A DNA stretch of 64,000 nucleotides from Takakia lepidozioides (taxonomy: Eukaryota; Plantae; Bryophyta): contig CM060731.1 in assembly GCA_030704615.1 (NCBI GenBank), positions 92,008,001 to 92,072,000 on the forward strand. Reading direction: 5' to 3'. The position numbers and the translations under genes were made by a program. The notes under the pieces were generated by a model, which had not been told where the DNA came from, made no database searches, and saw only the letters and a list, made by a program, of their open reading frames with translations. Below are positions 33,269-47,264 of this stretch, piece by piece; the stretch's first letter is position 1, and each line of letters starts with the position of its first letter.

Positions 33269-36200
33269 ATGGGGAGACAGAAAGACATGGCGGTGAAAGG
33301 CACCATACCGTTCCGGGAGCTGGTGCCAGCGCTGTCGGAGGCGACAGTGGTGGTGCTGGACTCGTTTGGTTTTGAAACTGCCACGCCTGTGCAGGCTGCC
33401 ACCATCCCGTTGCTTTGCAGCTTCGAAGATGTGGCCGTGGACGCTGCTACAGGATCAGGCAAGACTCTGGCTTTTGTTGTGCCTCTTGTTGAAATAATGC
33501 GACGCTCCCTGAATCTCTGAAGCCTTATCAGGTGCCCCAACTCTTCGCGTACGGTTTCATCATCAATTGTGCACTTGCGATTTTTGACCATAATAAACTA
33601 TTCACCTTGCATTGGTCAGGATGTGACTATGTTCACAACAGAGTTCCCAAACAATCCTAGGGATTGCGTCAGTGCATTTCCTTAAACCCTAAACCCTGGA
33701 CCTGGTGATGGAATTCGAGACTCATGATGCAGGTTGGTGCTGTGATCGTGTCCCCGACCCGAGAGCTTGCCTCGCAGATATTCCACGTGCTGGAGCCCTT
33801 TCTAGAAACATTGTCTGGTATCAGAGCAATGCTTCTAGTGGGTGGAACTGATGTTGCTACGGAGTCAGCAAAGGTAAAGGACAGCGGGGCAAACTTGCTG
33901 ATTGGCACTCCTGGTCGTTTACATGACATCATGGAGCGAGTAGCTCTACTGGACTTCAGGAATCTTGAGGTTTTCTCTAAGTCTCTTATTTTTTCCTTGT
34001 TCAGATTGGGTGACAGGGCTGCATCAATAAGCGTCTCATGGAATTCTTGGACCATGTTGATTCATTGGAATATTTACATCTTCTAAGACAATTTACCTAT
34101 GCATCAGTGGTGATGTATTGCCTGCTGCAACAAAAGTACAGAAGGGTGTGTGTGTTGCAATGCACTTCCAACGTGGCTTCCTTCTCATAAGGAAAAATAT
34201 GCTATTCAGTGTACAGATGCTGGGTTTACTCTGTACTGTTCTGCTGGTGTCTTGGTGACTGGCAGTGAATGACATCATGTCACAAGTATTATGAAGTTGG
34301 ACTGCATGTAAGAACTGCAATGGTATGGTAGACTAGTGGTACATGAGTTCCCATCCTACAGGGACTGTCTGGATTGGGACGCAGGAATATCTCATTTTAC
34401 AACATAGGCCTTAGAAGTGGTGCATGTGTTGGGGTGTTCTGAAAGTGGACGGTTGCAGGTATTGATCCTGGATGAGGCAGACAAGCTCCTCGATATGGGT
34501 TTTCAGAGGCAGCTAACAGCAGTCATAGCACGGCTGCCCAAGCAGCGGCGTACGGGCCTTTTCTCAGCAACACAGACAGAGGCAGTAGAGGACCTGGCCC
34601 GAGCAGGGCTACGTAACCCCATGCATGTGGAGGTGCAAACCCAGGCCAAGCGGCTCACCTCCTCTTCCAACACATCTGTTTCTTCAAAGACACCAGCTGG
34701 ACTCACTCTGCAGGTGTGTTTTCGTTGAATAGCAGCAGTGTGGTTCCTCTCCTGACGTTTGCTTGCAAGTGTTTGATGGGTGGACAATAATATATGAACC
34801 GCCTTGTATTGTAGTGCCTCAAATTGGGGGTCAGCTGCTGCCAATATACTCATGTTGTATGTGCTCAGTTGAGTTTAAAGAAGCTAGAGTTGGGGCAAAG
34901 ACAGAGATTCAATGTAAAATGACAGTGAATAGGAGCTGTAAACGATGCACTGTATTGACTAGTCATGTGAAGTTGGCAGTACTTGGAGTGTGAAGCGGAC
35001 GAGAAGCCATCACAACTTGTACATTTCCTCTCTGAGCATTCGTCAAACAAGACCATCATGTAAGGTTTTGACACTGGGATGTTGACATCACCCACCCTTA
35101 ACCCAAATCCCTCACGTTCCACATCCTCGAGGAGTTGATTGATGAAAACATTGAAGAGCAGCTGAGCAGACATAGATTGAAACACGGCCTGCTAACACCA
35201 AGCTGACTCTCCCAAGAACCTTGTAAACATCGGTTTAGAGTCAGTAACAGGTACTGAGTAGCATTAGGTAAGGTCTATTGATTGACAAGTCCAGTGGATT
35301 TACACCTTCAAATATGTACACACTTCCTTGTTGCACCAAAAGCACTGTTGTATTGTACTATGTTCCACGGGGTTTTGACTTCAGACATTCATGTTCTCGT
35401 AGATTTTTTAGGTTACTGGGCTATGGGTAGTGTTTGAGACAGCCAGGTCTGATTAGTCCTGCTTGTGTGAAATAAATTGCTGTTAAATGATTGGTGAGCA
35501 TGTGTTTGAATATTTCGAGCACAATTCATTGGTGGTGTTGGATGGGACAGATACTTTATGACTTGTGTGTCGATTACTGGGGTACTATGCTTCCTCGATT
35601 GACCACTCTGTCTGGTGTATCTACTGTTGCACTCCATGGAAAAATGAAGCAGGTCTGTTTTTGGACTTTCTTGTCTGCTGTTTATTGATACTGATAGAGG
35701 TGAATATTGCAGAAATAATTCAGCAGATTTTGGAATACTCTTGTAGCAGCTGCAAGTATGACTTCTAGTAGCAGCTATCACAGTTAAGTTGTTTCTTAGC
35801 ATGCCAGTGCTCAGCCTAAATGACTGCAGTTTCTGGAGCTACAGTAGTGGGATTGTGAAGTGTAGTTTGTCGAGACTGCTTTTGCAGTCAACAAATCAAT
35901 GAGTTTAAGGTTATGTGTCTGTGTGGATAGAATCTGATATATTTTTGGATATTGGAATTGTGAGAATCTGAAATGTAGGTGCGCCTCATTGTGCAGTCAG
36001 CACGAGGAAAGGCACTTGCAACATTTGCAGGAATGGAGGCGGGCATGTACTGATGTAGCAGCACGGGGGCTGGACATTCCTGGAGTTGACTGGATAGTAC
36101 AGGTTGGATCCACAATTGTGACCTGTTCACTCCCACTTGGTCTTATACTCTGTTCTGTGAACAGTCATGGCTACCATCTTTAATAATGTTCAACCTCCAG

Positions 36201-38646
36201 CTGGGAGTAAGGTTGAGTAGAGAGAGAGATGAACTGACGTCCTGCTTTTATGCTTGGATTCACTTGTTGGGGAGGGGTTAACAGTATGACCCACCTCAGG
36301 ATCCAAACGTATTTGTGCATCGTGTAGGCCGCACCGCTCGTATGGGACAGTCGGGCAGTGCACTTGTATTCCTTCTTCCTAAGGTGTTTCTTTGGCTTCT
36401 TGCCTGCTATTTCTGAGGCCAAACTCTGATGCGCAACATATGCTTGTTCGACGGATGTGTGCAATTTCCTTCTTTTCCACTGACTTTGTTGTTAGGCAGT
36501 GATGGTCTCGTAGTTACATGGTTGTATTTGTCAGCCATAGTAAATTGTATATTTGTAGGTTAGTGTCTAATGAACACAAGCTATGATGTACACATTGCAG
36601 GCTATGTCGAGACAGGTTCTTGCTCCAATGCTGATTACATGTGTAGGCACTGGTCAGAGAGACAAAGTTGCAGTGTTTTAGATTCAAAGTGTCAGTGCTG
36701 TCAAGGAATAGGATCAAGATGTTTCGTCATCTATTATTTTGGAGTACATTTTGCTGCTGTTTGGAGCTAACTTGGATTCATATAAAGCACTGCATACGTT
36801 GGGGAATTGAAGAAAGCCAGAGTTCCTTGAGCTGGGGTCTGGTTGTCGCCATGTGTTGATGGTGACGAGCAGGGTGGTTTTGCTGCAGGAAGATGCATAT
36901 GTTGAATTGCTGCATGTCCGAAAAGTGCCGATTGAAGAGCGCCCCAAAGTTAGCTCTGTTCCTGACATTGTGCCACTGGTTGGTGTTAGACTATTTCCCC
37001 CTTGCTTTCCTGCATGATTTGTACTCTTGTAACCCTTTACAGTGGAGGTCTTGGTAGGCAGGCAGTTTTGTCCCATGTAACGACTTTGTATACCAGGAAC
37101 CTGTCTCTATATTCCTGACAGCTCAATGTGTGATCAACCTCTGTCAGACTCGACAACAGCGCTGATTTTTTGTTTGTACAAGGTTTGGAATTTGAACTAT
37201 CTTTCTGAGGGGATGGTGAGCCAAAATGATAATCCAGTGAAGGTTGGTGCAGTTACGTGCAGCTGCTCAGAAGGATAGAGATGTGATGGAGAAGGGGTTG
37301 AGGGCTTTTCTGTCCATAGGTGCCTACAAGGAGCACCAATGCACCTTCATTTTTCGGTAAGACTCCTCGTTGTAGCATGTATGCACTGCTGGACCTGTTA
37401 AATCGGAGGTTGTGAATTAGTTCGTTTTGCGAAATTTTGAATGGGACCCATCAGAATGATCCTACGATAGATGAAACAAATTTACAAGTGGAGAGGTAAT
37501 GGCGGCCAGGTGAAGACTCCAGGTGTAAGGGTTGTAGCTCTGAACCTTATTCAATCTACTTCATGCCCGGAATGTTGGATATCAAACCTAGCATATACAT
37601 GTCCTCTTCCTCTCTGTAATCCTGACAGTGGGACAGAATACACCATCTGTGTGGTGACACCTGTATGAGTTGGTCGCTGTGTCCCTTGGCCAGGTGGAAA
37701 GAACTAGAGGTGGGCCGAGCTGCTATGGGTTATGGACTGCTGCAGCTGCCCTCCATGCCCGAGTTGCGGCGAGGTTTGCTGTCTGTGGAAAATTTTGTAC
37801 CTGCTGAGGGTGTGGATGTGACCTCAATACCTTTCAAGTACTGTCCCACTTCATTGATTAAGCCACACCTTTTGTATCTTTTGATCATTTTCAATCCTTA
37901 TAATGTCGAAAGGGTGGCCATCTATTTGAGCAGGGATTGTGGTCTGATGCTGCATTCATGTTCTGAGTAGGTGCAATGCTGACAGACACTAGCCAGAAGT
38001 ATTTGCTGGATGTTCATGTTTCGTAAGCCAACTACTCTGATGTGCACGTGGGTGAGCTTCAGCTTAGAAGAAACTGCGTCTTTCTGCCTTCATTTTGAGG
38101 CATCTGCTTCTGTTTGCCAAGGTGTAACCCTTCATCAGTTGTATCACTTAGAAATCTGAAAGTGCTCTCACCTGCCTCTTCAACAGAGAAAAAGCTAGGG
38201 AGAAGCAACGTCAAAAGAACCTGACCAGCAAATTGCAAGGTCTATCTCAGAGAAGCAGTCTTGTCAGGAGCGAACGACCACCCAGTGGCAAGAAGGAACG
38301 GAGAGAGACTGCGGAGCAAAGAAGAGGAAGTCAAAGGATAGAGGATGAGGAGGAGATGGAGAGAGAGTATCGGCTAATGAAGAAGCTAAGGAAGGGCATT
38401 ATTAGTGAAATGGAATTTGCACAGGCTACAGACAATGCTGATGGCGATGGACCCTCAGTTTTGCCACACAGTTGTGAAAGTAAGGAGAAGTGCTCTCTAG
38501 ATTCACATTCTCTCTCTCAAAGGGGCCACCCTAGTGGCAGAAAATCTTTGAGCGGGAAATCTGGAAAAAAAAGGACCAGTGCACACTTCAATGATTGGTT
38601 AAACAACAGAACTGCAGTGTTGAAAGGCTCCAAGAAAAAGCAGTGA
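33269..38646 (+). pseudogene. RH18: DEAD-box RNA helicase RH18/DDX55/Spb4-like gene with three frameshifting microdeletions
   Basis: Motifs [62 protein letters not shown] and [12 protein letters not shown]. Frame breaks at ~33507, ~35567 and ~36045, plus a missing codon at ~37315. Splice sites are intact. Confidence 0.85.
35070..35200 (-). mobile_element. LINE reverse-transcriptase fragment in a helicase intron
   Basis: Translates SAQLLFNVFINQLLEDVEREGFGLRVGDVNI, the non-LTR RT segment between the QG and YADD motifs. Confidence 0.65.
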
Positions 38647-39228
38647 CGACGGGAAGTTTTGTAGATGAGACCCAGAATTGAGCTACATTCTGGGGTCCTC
38701 CTGGAACTAGACCAACTATGCTGCTTACAGTTGCATATTATGAGAAATGCTTTGTCTAGTATCCTACGCATTGGCTGCTGGCATGGAGTACTTCAAATCT
38801 TCCGATTTTATGGCTGTAAATCTCTCGGCTGTGCAAACATTGGGTGATTCTCTCCAATCCCAATGGCCTTATGCCCTCAAAGTTCCATGTCATATGTTAT
38901 TGTGGAATCTGACTGTAAACCTTGTTGTCAAAGCTGGTGATTCTCCATGGTGATGGAGTGCCCGGGGAGTTGAATGCTCTAACAGCCCCGTCAGCGCCCC
39001 CAGCCTTGGCCCACCCGGCCCTTGCCTGGGTGAGCCACTCGCCGCGGTCGCATTGCCGACCCCGGTGCAGTACATCACTACACGAGTAACATCGACCCTG
39101 ACCCCCTCCCAACTAAGTTTCAGCTTCTTCTTTTTTCTTTTCTTTTTTTAAACAAATTTAGAGAACAGGAGACAAAGGCCCTGGAAAATTTATTGGCTCT
39201 GTCCCTTCAGGGCAGAGACTTTGCATCG

Positions 39229-40392
39229 TGTTGAAGTCAATGGAGAAAATATGGTCAACAGACCTTACACCGTGTCAAGAATATGATTGGTCTAAAAAAG
39301 CTCTTACCCACGTGGCAGCTTGTCAAAATTGTTGCTTCAATGGACAGAGCCTCTCGCCGTTGTGGCTTGTTAAAAAAACAGAGTATACATAGAGGAGGAA
39401 AAAATAACCTCCTAAAAGGCCGTAAAAACTTGGCGCACGGGGAACACCCAGGACCAAGAAGGGAGGGCCGGGGGGGGCGGGGGGGATTGAATCAAAGAAA
39501 GGCCAAGAAAGGGAAAGGGGTACTAAGCAACGGAGGGCCGAGAACCGGAAATAGAGGCACAGAGCAATGTAAAGCCGAGAGAAATAGGGGCACTAAGCAA
39601 CTAAGGGCTTAGAGCAGAGAATAGCGGAGAAGAAATTTCTAGAGACCGCAATCGAGCTTGGACTTTGGATTTGGAGATGCGCATTTTCTAATGGCGCCAG
39701 TTGATCTCTGGAGCATCCGTCTCAGCAGGCGATTTGCCATTCCCCGGGGAGGTCGTTATTCCAAGAGACTCTAGATTCACAGATCTTGGTGCAGAGGAGG
39801 TCGCATTTTGCCAAGGTGAGGTCGAAGTTCGAGAGAAGCTGTTGACGCCTTCCTTCACTGCACCTGTTGGAAGCTGAAAGCATGGACACCCAAACCTTGT
39901 GCCCTCAGTCATCAGATCAGAGTACAATTTATAAAGAATCTATCTGATGTTGGGGCGCTTCCCCTCAAATAAGAAACTACATCTAGCCTTCCAAACCAGA
40001 GAGTATGAGCTCTGAGGCAAGCCAGGGATTGGATCAGAGCTCTGTGGGAGTTTAGGGATATGGTTCACGTGCAAGCATAGGGCCGGGGTGATAACAATAG
40101 ATCATCCTCCGCAGAGTCATCAGGCTCAACGGATAGCTATGATTCCGATGACTCCGAGGATGACTAGTCCTAGTCCCCCTGTAAGTACTAAGAGTTAGAG
40201 TGTAGATCACGGAGTCAGCCTACTTAACCCTTGTGAGCAAAATATTTCAGCTCATTGCTTGTAAATATACCATCTTTCACCTTGTATTTCATTTTGTGCC
40301 GTGCCATCACTATGCTTGCTCATACTCATGCAATAAACCAAACTTGTGTACCTGCCAAATCAGAGTGATGGAAGCTCTGAGGAATCCCAACA
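39229..40392 (+). mobile_element. Possible solo LTR
   Basis: TGTTG...CAACA termini about 1.16 kb apart, with a U5-like CTTGTA/AATAAA-containing 3' part. The flanks (CATCG / CCATA) do not form a clean TSD. Confidence 0.4.
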
Positions 40393-40394
40393 CC

Positions 40395-40765
40395 ATAAAC
40401 CCTAAAAACCCCCAAAAAAAAGAAAAAAAACCCTAAAAAGGGGTGTGCGGCACCGCATACCCCTTTCAGTGGCACTGCACACTAAAAACAAAACCCTAAA
40501 GAAACCCTAAAAAACAAAAAAAAAAAACTCTTGAAAAGGGGTGTGCGGTGCTGCACACCTCTTTTAGTGGCACCGCACACTAGAAAAAAAAACCCTAAAA
40601 AAACCCTAAAAACCCTTTAAAAACCTAAAAAACCCAAGAAAAAAAAAAAAAATCCTGAAAAGGGGTGTGCGGCACCGCACACCAGTTTCAGTGGCATCTG
40701 CAGGGAAAGTAAACCCCCCTAAGAACTCACTAAGAAAACCCTAGAAAACCCTAAAAAAACCCTAA
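40395..40765. repeat. Tandem ~100-120-bp repeat with GTGTGCGGCACCGCACAC palindrome and AAACCCTAAA motifs
   Basis: Three units with palindromes at ~40441, ~40539 and ~40663, separated by A-tracts and multiple telomere-like AAACCCT motifs. Confidence 0.8.
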
Positions 40766-41644
40766 TTACCCATCCACTATATCACCTTCCCCTTAATTAC
40801 TAATCTTCATTGTGCCCACTTTCAATATCGCACCAATTGGTTGGATCCTTGGCAACTGTGTTCTTCATATGAAATAGTCACTGACATGCCTACAAGGACA
40901 TCGTGTCCGCGGTTATGGGTGTCATCCGCGGAATTGCGTACAGTACCTTTTCGCAAAGTCTTGAGGCAGCACCGCTCATGTGAGCATAGGCTCACCGCTC
41001 ACGATCTAGCATCCCTCTTATGAGACCAATGGCTGGACCTCTACCCAGTTGGTCAGGTAGTCAGCAACGACGGAATGGCGTGAGCGCGCGAGCGTACGCT
41101 CACGCAGGAGTGACGTGGCGTGAGCATGATGTCAGCAGGCTGATATGACAACAAATGCTGATGTGGCACTGCGCCGTCATCTGCCACGTCAGCATGAACA
41201 TGCACCGCCTATAACCGAGGATGGTCCTATGACCATGGGATTAATGCAGGGAATCCTTGGCTGAATACAATGAAGACTACCATGGGGCCTACAATTGTAG
41301 CATCTAACATTGTGCAATTACAAATGTTTGTTTCACTTTTACAATTACAAGGACGAGAAAATATCCTCAAAAAATATGCGCCATAGAGGCTGTCACGGGA
41401 AGATCTTGCTCCCTCCCCAAATAACAATGAGAGTTAGGATCATCTTCAAAAGATGATTGCAGTGCATAGCGACAGGAAAACATATAGACTTCGAAAGGTG
41501 CAATGATACATGTGCTTTTAAAAGTTGTCACTCAGTATAGTTGGAAGCATAATGGAGGGATAAGAGACGTCATATCATTGCACCGCCGACGATGTTGCAA
41601 ACGAATTGATTTGAATTGAATTTCCATAATAATGTTGCAAATTG

Positions 41645-42455
41645 TCCATCCACCCAAATGTCGAATGTCAAAAGTCGAAAAAAAAAAAAAAAAAAAAAAA
41701 AACCAGAAAGTGATGATCGGTGATATTGACAGAAGTGATGGTCGGCACCGACCATCGCATCCGCCCTATCAAAAACCAAAAAAAAAGATCGGCGGCACTG
41801 ACAGAAGTGATGGTCGGCACCGACCATCACATCCACCCAAATGCCAAATGTCAAAAGCCAAAAAAATATATAAAATATAAAATATAAAAATGATGGTCGG
41901 CATCGACCATCGTATCCGCCCTAATGCCGAATGTCAAAAGCCAGAAAAAATGATCGGCGGCACTGACAGAAGTGATGGTCGGCACCGACCATCACATCCA
42001 CCCAAATGCCGAATGTCAAAAGCCAAAAAAAAAAAAAAAAAAAAAACAGAAAGTGATGATCGGCGATATTGACAGAAGTGATGGTCGGCACTGACCATCG
42101 CATCCGCCCAAATGCCGAATGTCAAAAAGCCAACTTAAATTTAAATTTAAAATTAAATAAGAAAAAAAAAATGATGATCAGCGGCACCGACAGAAGTGAT
42201 GGTCGGTGCTGACCATCACATCCACCCAAATGCCGAATGTCCCCCTAAAAAATAAAAAAATAAAAAAAACGGAGAGTGATGATCGGCGGCACCGACAGCT
42301 GTGATGGTCGGCACCCAAATGCCGAATGAAAAAAAAGTATTTATAATTTAATTTATTTTATTTTTTAAAAAGAAAAAAAAAAGATCGGCGGCACCGACAG
42401 AAGTGATGACCGGCACCGATCATCACATCCACCCAAATGCCAAATATCAAAAGCG

Positions 42456-42497
<42 letters not shown>
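41645..42497. repeat. Tandem array (~8 units) with GTGATGGTCGG-CA-CCGACCATCAC palindrome and poly-A spacers
   Basis: Unit GATCGGCGGCACYGACAGAAGTGATGGTCGGCACCGACCATCACATCCACCCAAATGCCGAATGTCAAAA; a perfect palindrome lies at 41807-41830. Confidence 0.88.
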
Positions 42498-42775
42498 AGT
42501 CTCCGGCTACCAATTCCGCGGCTGTAGGCTCATTTCTCCCTGTTCTGTCCGCGGTCATAGGTACGCCCGTGGAACTGATATGGCGAGGCGTGACGTGGCA
42601 TAAACCACACTGGCGAAGACTGCTGACATGGCGTCAAACCCTTGAGCCAATGTGACGAGAACCGGTGACGTGGCGTGAGCTTGGCCGCGCTCACACACTC
42701 ACGCAGCCAGGCTCACGCGGAGGCATCCCCGGGTAGTCAGTAGCAATAATGATGTAGCCATCCCCCTTGGACATG

Positions 42776-43233
42776 CACTAAAGGAAATTGTGGGGGGCGT
42801 CGGGGTTGCGCCCCCTTTTGGGGCGGGGTAGCAGCCCAAATGGACGTCGCACGCCCATCGCTGGGCCGCCGCACTCGAACGTCGCTAAAAAACGACGTCG
42901 GGGGGTCGCTGTGGGGGGGGGGACGCCCGACGTCGCTTTTTAGCGATCCCCAGCGTCGGCGGGGCCTCTGGCTAGCGAAGCCCGATCGTCGCTGCCCTCT
43001 AAGCGACGGCGTTGTCTGGGGCAACGGCTTGGCATCGTTGCTTGATTTTTTTTCAAAAACAAGGTGGAAACACGTGGCAGCAGCTCCGTTGCGACGCCCG
43101 GGCGTCGGCAGCCGACGGGGTGGGACCCAGGCTGCGACCCCGGGTGTCGCAGCCTGCCATTTTTGTCAAAATAAAAAGTAGAAACACGTGGCGCCACGGG
43201 GCGTTGCGACGCCCGAGTATCAGCGACGCTACC
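42776..43233 (+). mobile_element. CACTA-like terminal fragment (GCGACG family)
   Basis: Starts CACTAAAGGAAATTGTGGGGGG, followed by GCGACG/CGTCGC repeats as at 65-640. Confidence 0.45.
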
Positions 43234-43989
43234 ATGTGAGCATGCTCACGTGAGCATACTCACACGCCTATGGTTTAGTGATATGGATAATAGAGAAGGG
43301 TTTAGTGGTCAGCTATTCCAAGGGCCTATCACCACGGACACATATGCAAAGAAGGGCCTATAGGCGTGCGACCATAGGCGGTTGAATAGTTTACATTACA
43401 ATTAATGTACACATATGATGTTTCATTAGAACATCAATGCTCAAGGTGACTAACTACTTATAGATAAAGTTAATGATAAGAGGCAAAATGAGTCAGATTT
43501 TGTTCACAATGTTAAATCGCAAAGTGAAATGAGCACACAAAGATGAGATGCATGTTGCATGAACACAAAGTTTAGACACATGTCACATGTCTCCATGTTT
43601 CGTGGGATCACATTACCACTTTGCAGCGCGGACTGTCGGCTCTGGTGCAGACATCCATACTTCCCTTTTGTCTTCTTGCTACTCTTTGACCAATATGAGT
43701 TCACAAATTAGTTCAAGTTTAGGATTCACATATTTTCGGGAGTTCTCTCTTTTCCTCCTTGTTAAGTTCACTTTATGAGGTCTCATTTGCAAGTGTGAAT
43801 TGGCGCACACCTCCAGAACCATCGACTCAAAAAGAGTGAGGTGGCCATGTCCAGCCATGCATGTTGCACCAGATCTTTTCATATTTTTGCTTGTACTTCA
43901 TTTGGTTCCTTGGTGGAACTGTGCGCTGGACATGTGCGCCATTGTGCACCACCCCGAAACGCCAACGCACATTTGTTTCGCAGTGTTTA

Positions 43990-44549
43990 ATTATTATTTT
44001 TATCCCTAGTTTTGACGGGGGCTGCAAAACAACTGTGCGTTAACACATACTTGCTTTGCAATAGCCCAACTGGATTTTATTATTATTATTATTTTAATCT
44101 GGTTTTGACGGGGTCTTAAAAACAAGTGTCCGTTAACGCACACTTGCTTTGCAGCAGTCCAACGGTATATATATATATATACATATTGACGGGGGCTGGA
44201 AAACAACTATGTCTGAGCGTAGCGCGTCAATCGGTGGGACGTTGCTCCTTTCAAAAATGAGAATAAAATGAAAGTAAGATAAATATTTTTTTTCCTTAAA
44301 AAGAAAATAAAGTGACCGCACAATTGACGGTCGTTTCTTTTTTTAATTTCAACAACTCCTGCAATGTGAACACACTAGCTTTGCAGCAACCCAACGGGGA
44401 GGGGAGAGGAAAATAAATAAATAAAAATCGGTTTTGACAAAGGATGGAAAATAAAGTGTGCGTCAACACACACTTCTGTTGCAACAACCCAATATCTCTC
44501 CTATCGTTTTACATCCACGAATTATTTGCTATAGTTTTCTTTTGTAGTG
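43990..44549. repeat. Imperfect palindromic repeats ending in TTTGTAGTG (possible CACTA right end)
   Basis: TTTTGACGGGG...AAACAAGTGT.CGTTAAC.CACACTTGCTTTGCA occurs 3-4 times. TTTGTAGTG at 44541-44549 is the reverse complement of CACTACAAA. Confidence 0.5.
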
Positions 44550-44606
44550 TGAATTCATGAGGTGAAATTTTCTTGCCAAAAGAGTTTGTTTCAAAGTTGC
44601 TAGATG

Positions 44607-46800
44607 CACTACACCGTTCGGGGGGTTACCGACGCCAGGCGCGTCGCTAAACGCGGATTTCCGGCCCGGCGGAAATCGCAAATCTGTGTCGCCTCAGATG
44701 CGTTGTTACGGTGCCGTCGCAGAATCCGCGCTTAAGGCGACGCCTCAGCGTCGCAGATAGCGCCCCCCAGGACTCCCTGGATTGCACCTACGATATCCCC
44801 GGCGTCGTAACGGGCGGGAGCATGAGGTGCACGGAACGCAACGCTGGGAGCATCGTACTTCTAAGCGACGCTCCCGCACTGCATCGTCCCTGCCGTCGCC
44901 GTTTCCATGCGACTGTTTTTATTTTATATTTTTAAATAAATATTGTATATTAAAATTTATTTTTGTTTAATCCATTATTGTGACTTCTCCTGTGTCGCAA
45001 TAAAACTGCAACTTTTTTTACCTTTTTTTAATTGGTTTTTTTTTTTCAAGGTGCTCGCATCTGCGACGCCGTAATAGTCGGAGTATAACTGCGACGCCTT
45101 TCGAGTAATTGTTTTTTTTTTTTTAATTTTAAAAAAAAAATCGGGTTGTTGTTATTGTTTTCTTTTTCCTTTCGGGTGCCCCTCCTGCGACGGCATGGGC
45201 GTCGCAGTAAACCTGCTATGCTTTTGCGGGCCCCAATATGTGTCCCCTGTGCGACGGCATCAGTGTCGCAATAAACCTGCGATGCTTTTGGGGGGATCAG
45301 TATGTGTTCCTGGTGCGATGGCATGGGCATCGCAGTAAAACGGCGACGCTTTGGGGGGCCCAAATAAGTGTCCCCTCATGCGACCATGGCGTCGCAGTTA
45401 ATCTGCGACGCTTTTATTTGAAATCGAGCTAGAGCGGTGGTCCATATCTACGACGCCCAGACCTGCATCGTGTTTATATATATATATATATTTGGGTGGC
45501 CTCTATCTGCGATGCCCGGGGCGTCGCATTAAATCTGCAACGGATTTTTTTTCAAAATGCTTTTTAGGGCGGCCCCATCTGCGACGCCCAGGTGTCGCAG
45601 AGGGCCGGATTTCTTTTGTTTTGTAGATTTGCGACGCCTGGGAGGTCTCACCAGGCCCGAATTAGGATTGGGAGTTTAGGGTTAGGCTTAGGTTTGGGGA
45701 ATATGGGGATTGTGCATATTTAATATAAATGAGAGAGTACCACATCATGCGCATGCGTATATTATATATATATATGTAAAATTGACCTCAAAGATCGTGT
45801 ACATCATCCCTACTACTCACCCTAGCCCTCCGAACTCCCGGGGCTAGATCCTTCACTACTGTCATCACGGTCAGGGTCACCATCACCGTCGGTCTCACTC
45901 TCATTCACATGACTTTCATCACTCTCACTACCCTCACTATCGCCACTCTTCTTCCTCCTCCTGTTCTTGAGCATCTTACATGCCTTCATGCGTGTAATGA
46001 GGCCAGCGTACCCATGGAGCTTGGCGTACTCCACCTCCTCAACGGAGGGATGTCTCCCAAACTTTTTTGCCTACACAAGAGTAGAAACAAATAAAGATTA
46101 GCGAAGACATACACGAAGAAAAAAACATGTAAACAAAATTGATAGGGAATGAAGATCTTACAAAGCGGATGGCGAATGATTTGAGCCAAATTTATGCGTG
46201 GAATCCCCCTTCTCTAGGCGGAGGGTGGCTGCCTCACGACCCCGAGCAAACTTCGGCTTCTTCTCGTCATCGGTCTCCACAAACTCTCTACGACGCGCCC
46301 ATGGAATTTGGGTCCACTCCACATGCCAAGGGAACCACCTAGCTGTTTTTGGGAAGACATATTTCTTCATGACCTCCCAAAATTCTCCCACAGGATATCC
46401 AAGTCGATTCACCTCTAAAGGTGGGATCTGAAGTACAAATTCTCTCCTTTTTTTTTGCGCTTCTTTGTCTTCTCCCTTGCCACTACTGGGCGCTACCACA
46501 TCAGAGCTCTTCCCACTAATCCCCACTTGTATCTCTCGACACATTGGGCTGACCACTAGTGCCCTCCCCCACCCGTACATCTCGGGACTCTACGACATCC
46601 TTGCGATGCATCTTTTTCTTCTTTGGGGGTTCTAATGATGGGCCTTTTCCTTTCCAACAACAGCCTCACTATCTCTCTCTCTCTCTGCATGCGTCTCTCT
46701 CTAGCTCTCTCATCAATGACAAGAGGGACCTCAAAGGGCTATGCCCCCATCGTGTGACTCTGCATTGAGCTAAAGGAGGCCGCACCCTGCAAATTAAACA
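44607..46800. mobile_element. CACTA/EnSpm element end with decayed TnpA-like exons on the - strand
   Basis: CACTACACC terminus and ~1 kb of GCGACGCC subterminal repeats. ORF 46158-46580(-) contains LEVNRLGYPVG...W..EWTQIP, resembling Ptta/En-Spm ORF2 proteins, and an acidic C-terminal piece lies at 45822-46034(-). Confidence 0.6.
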
Positions 46801-47264
46801 CATGCCAGTAGAATCAACCACCTCTATTCATCTTGTAAAGTTTACAAATTCAAAAAAGACGAGAAAAACTAAAAGCAAATTTGAATAAGATATATTTATC
46901 TGGTAGTCAAAGCAACGGCCGCCGCAAGGGGAATGCCCAATTGCGCCAAGAGCGCCGCCTTCTCGGTGGGAGAGGCGGCATTCCAAGTTGGCAAGAGGTT
47001 GCCGGCATCCACCAAACGACGCCTAGTCGAGGTGGAGACACCCCTGGTGCTGCCATGAACATGTGGAAGAGAGGGCGCTGCATCACCGGGGGGATAAAGT
47101 TAACATAGCCGCCGTCGCAGCCTCGGTGGTGGCGTCATGTTGCCATGATGAACTCTCCCTGGCATCACCACCCCCCTCCACCTCTGACCCCAACCCATGG
47201 CTCAAATTACGTGAGGTATTCCGCTCCACCCTCTCCCTCTCTCTTACCTCAAGCATGGCTGCCT

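Noticed and set aside
40395-40765. Interstitial telomere
   Set aside because: The AAACCCT units are isolated within A-tracts, not tandem (TTTAGGG)n arrays.
41645-42497. CRISPR-like appearance of palindromic repeats with spacers (also 51545-52625)
   Set aside because: Spacers are low-complexity A-tracts rather than unique sequences, the repeats are long and degenerate, there are no cas genes and the context is eukaryotic.
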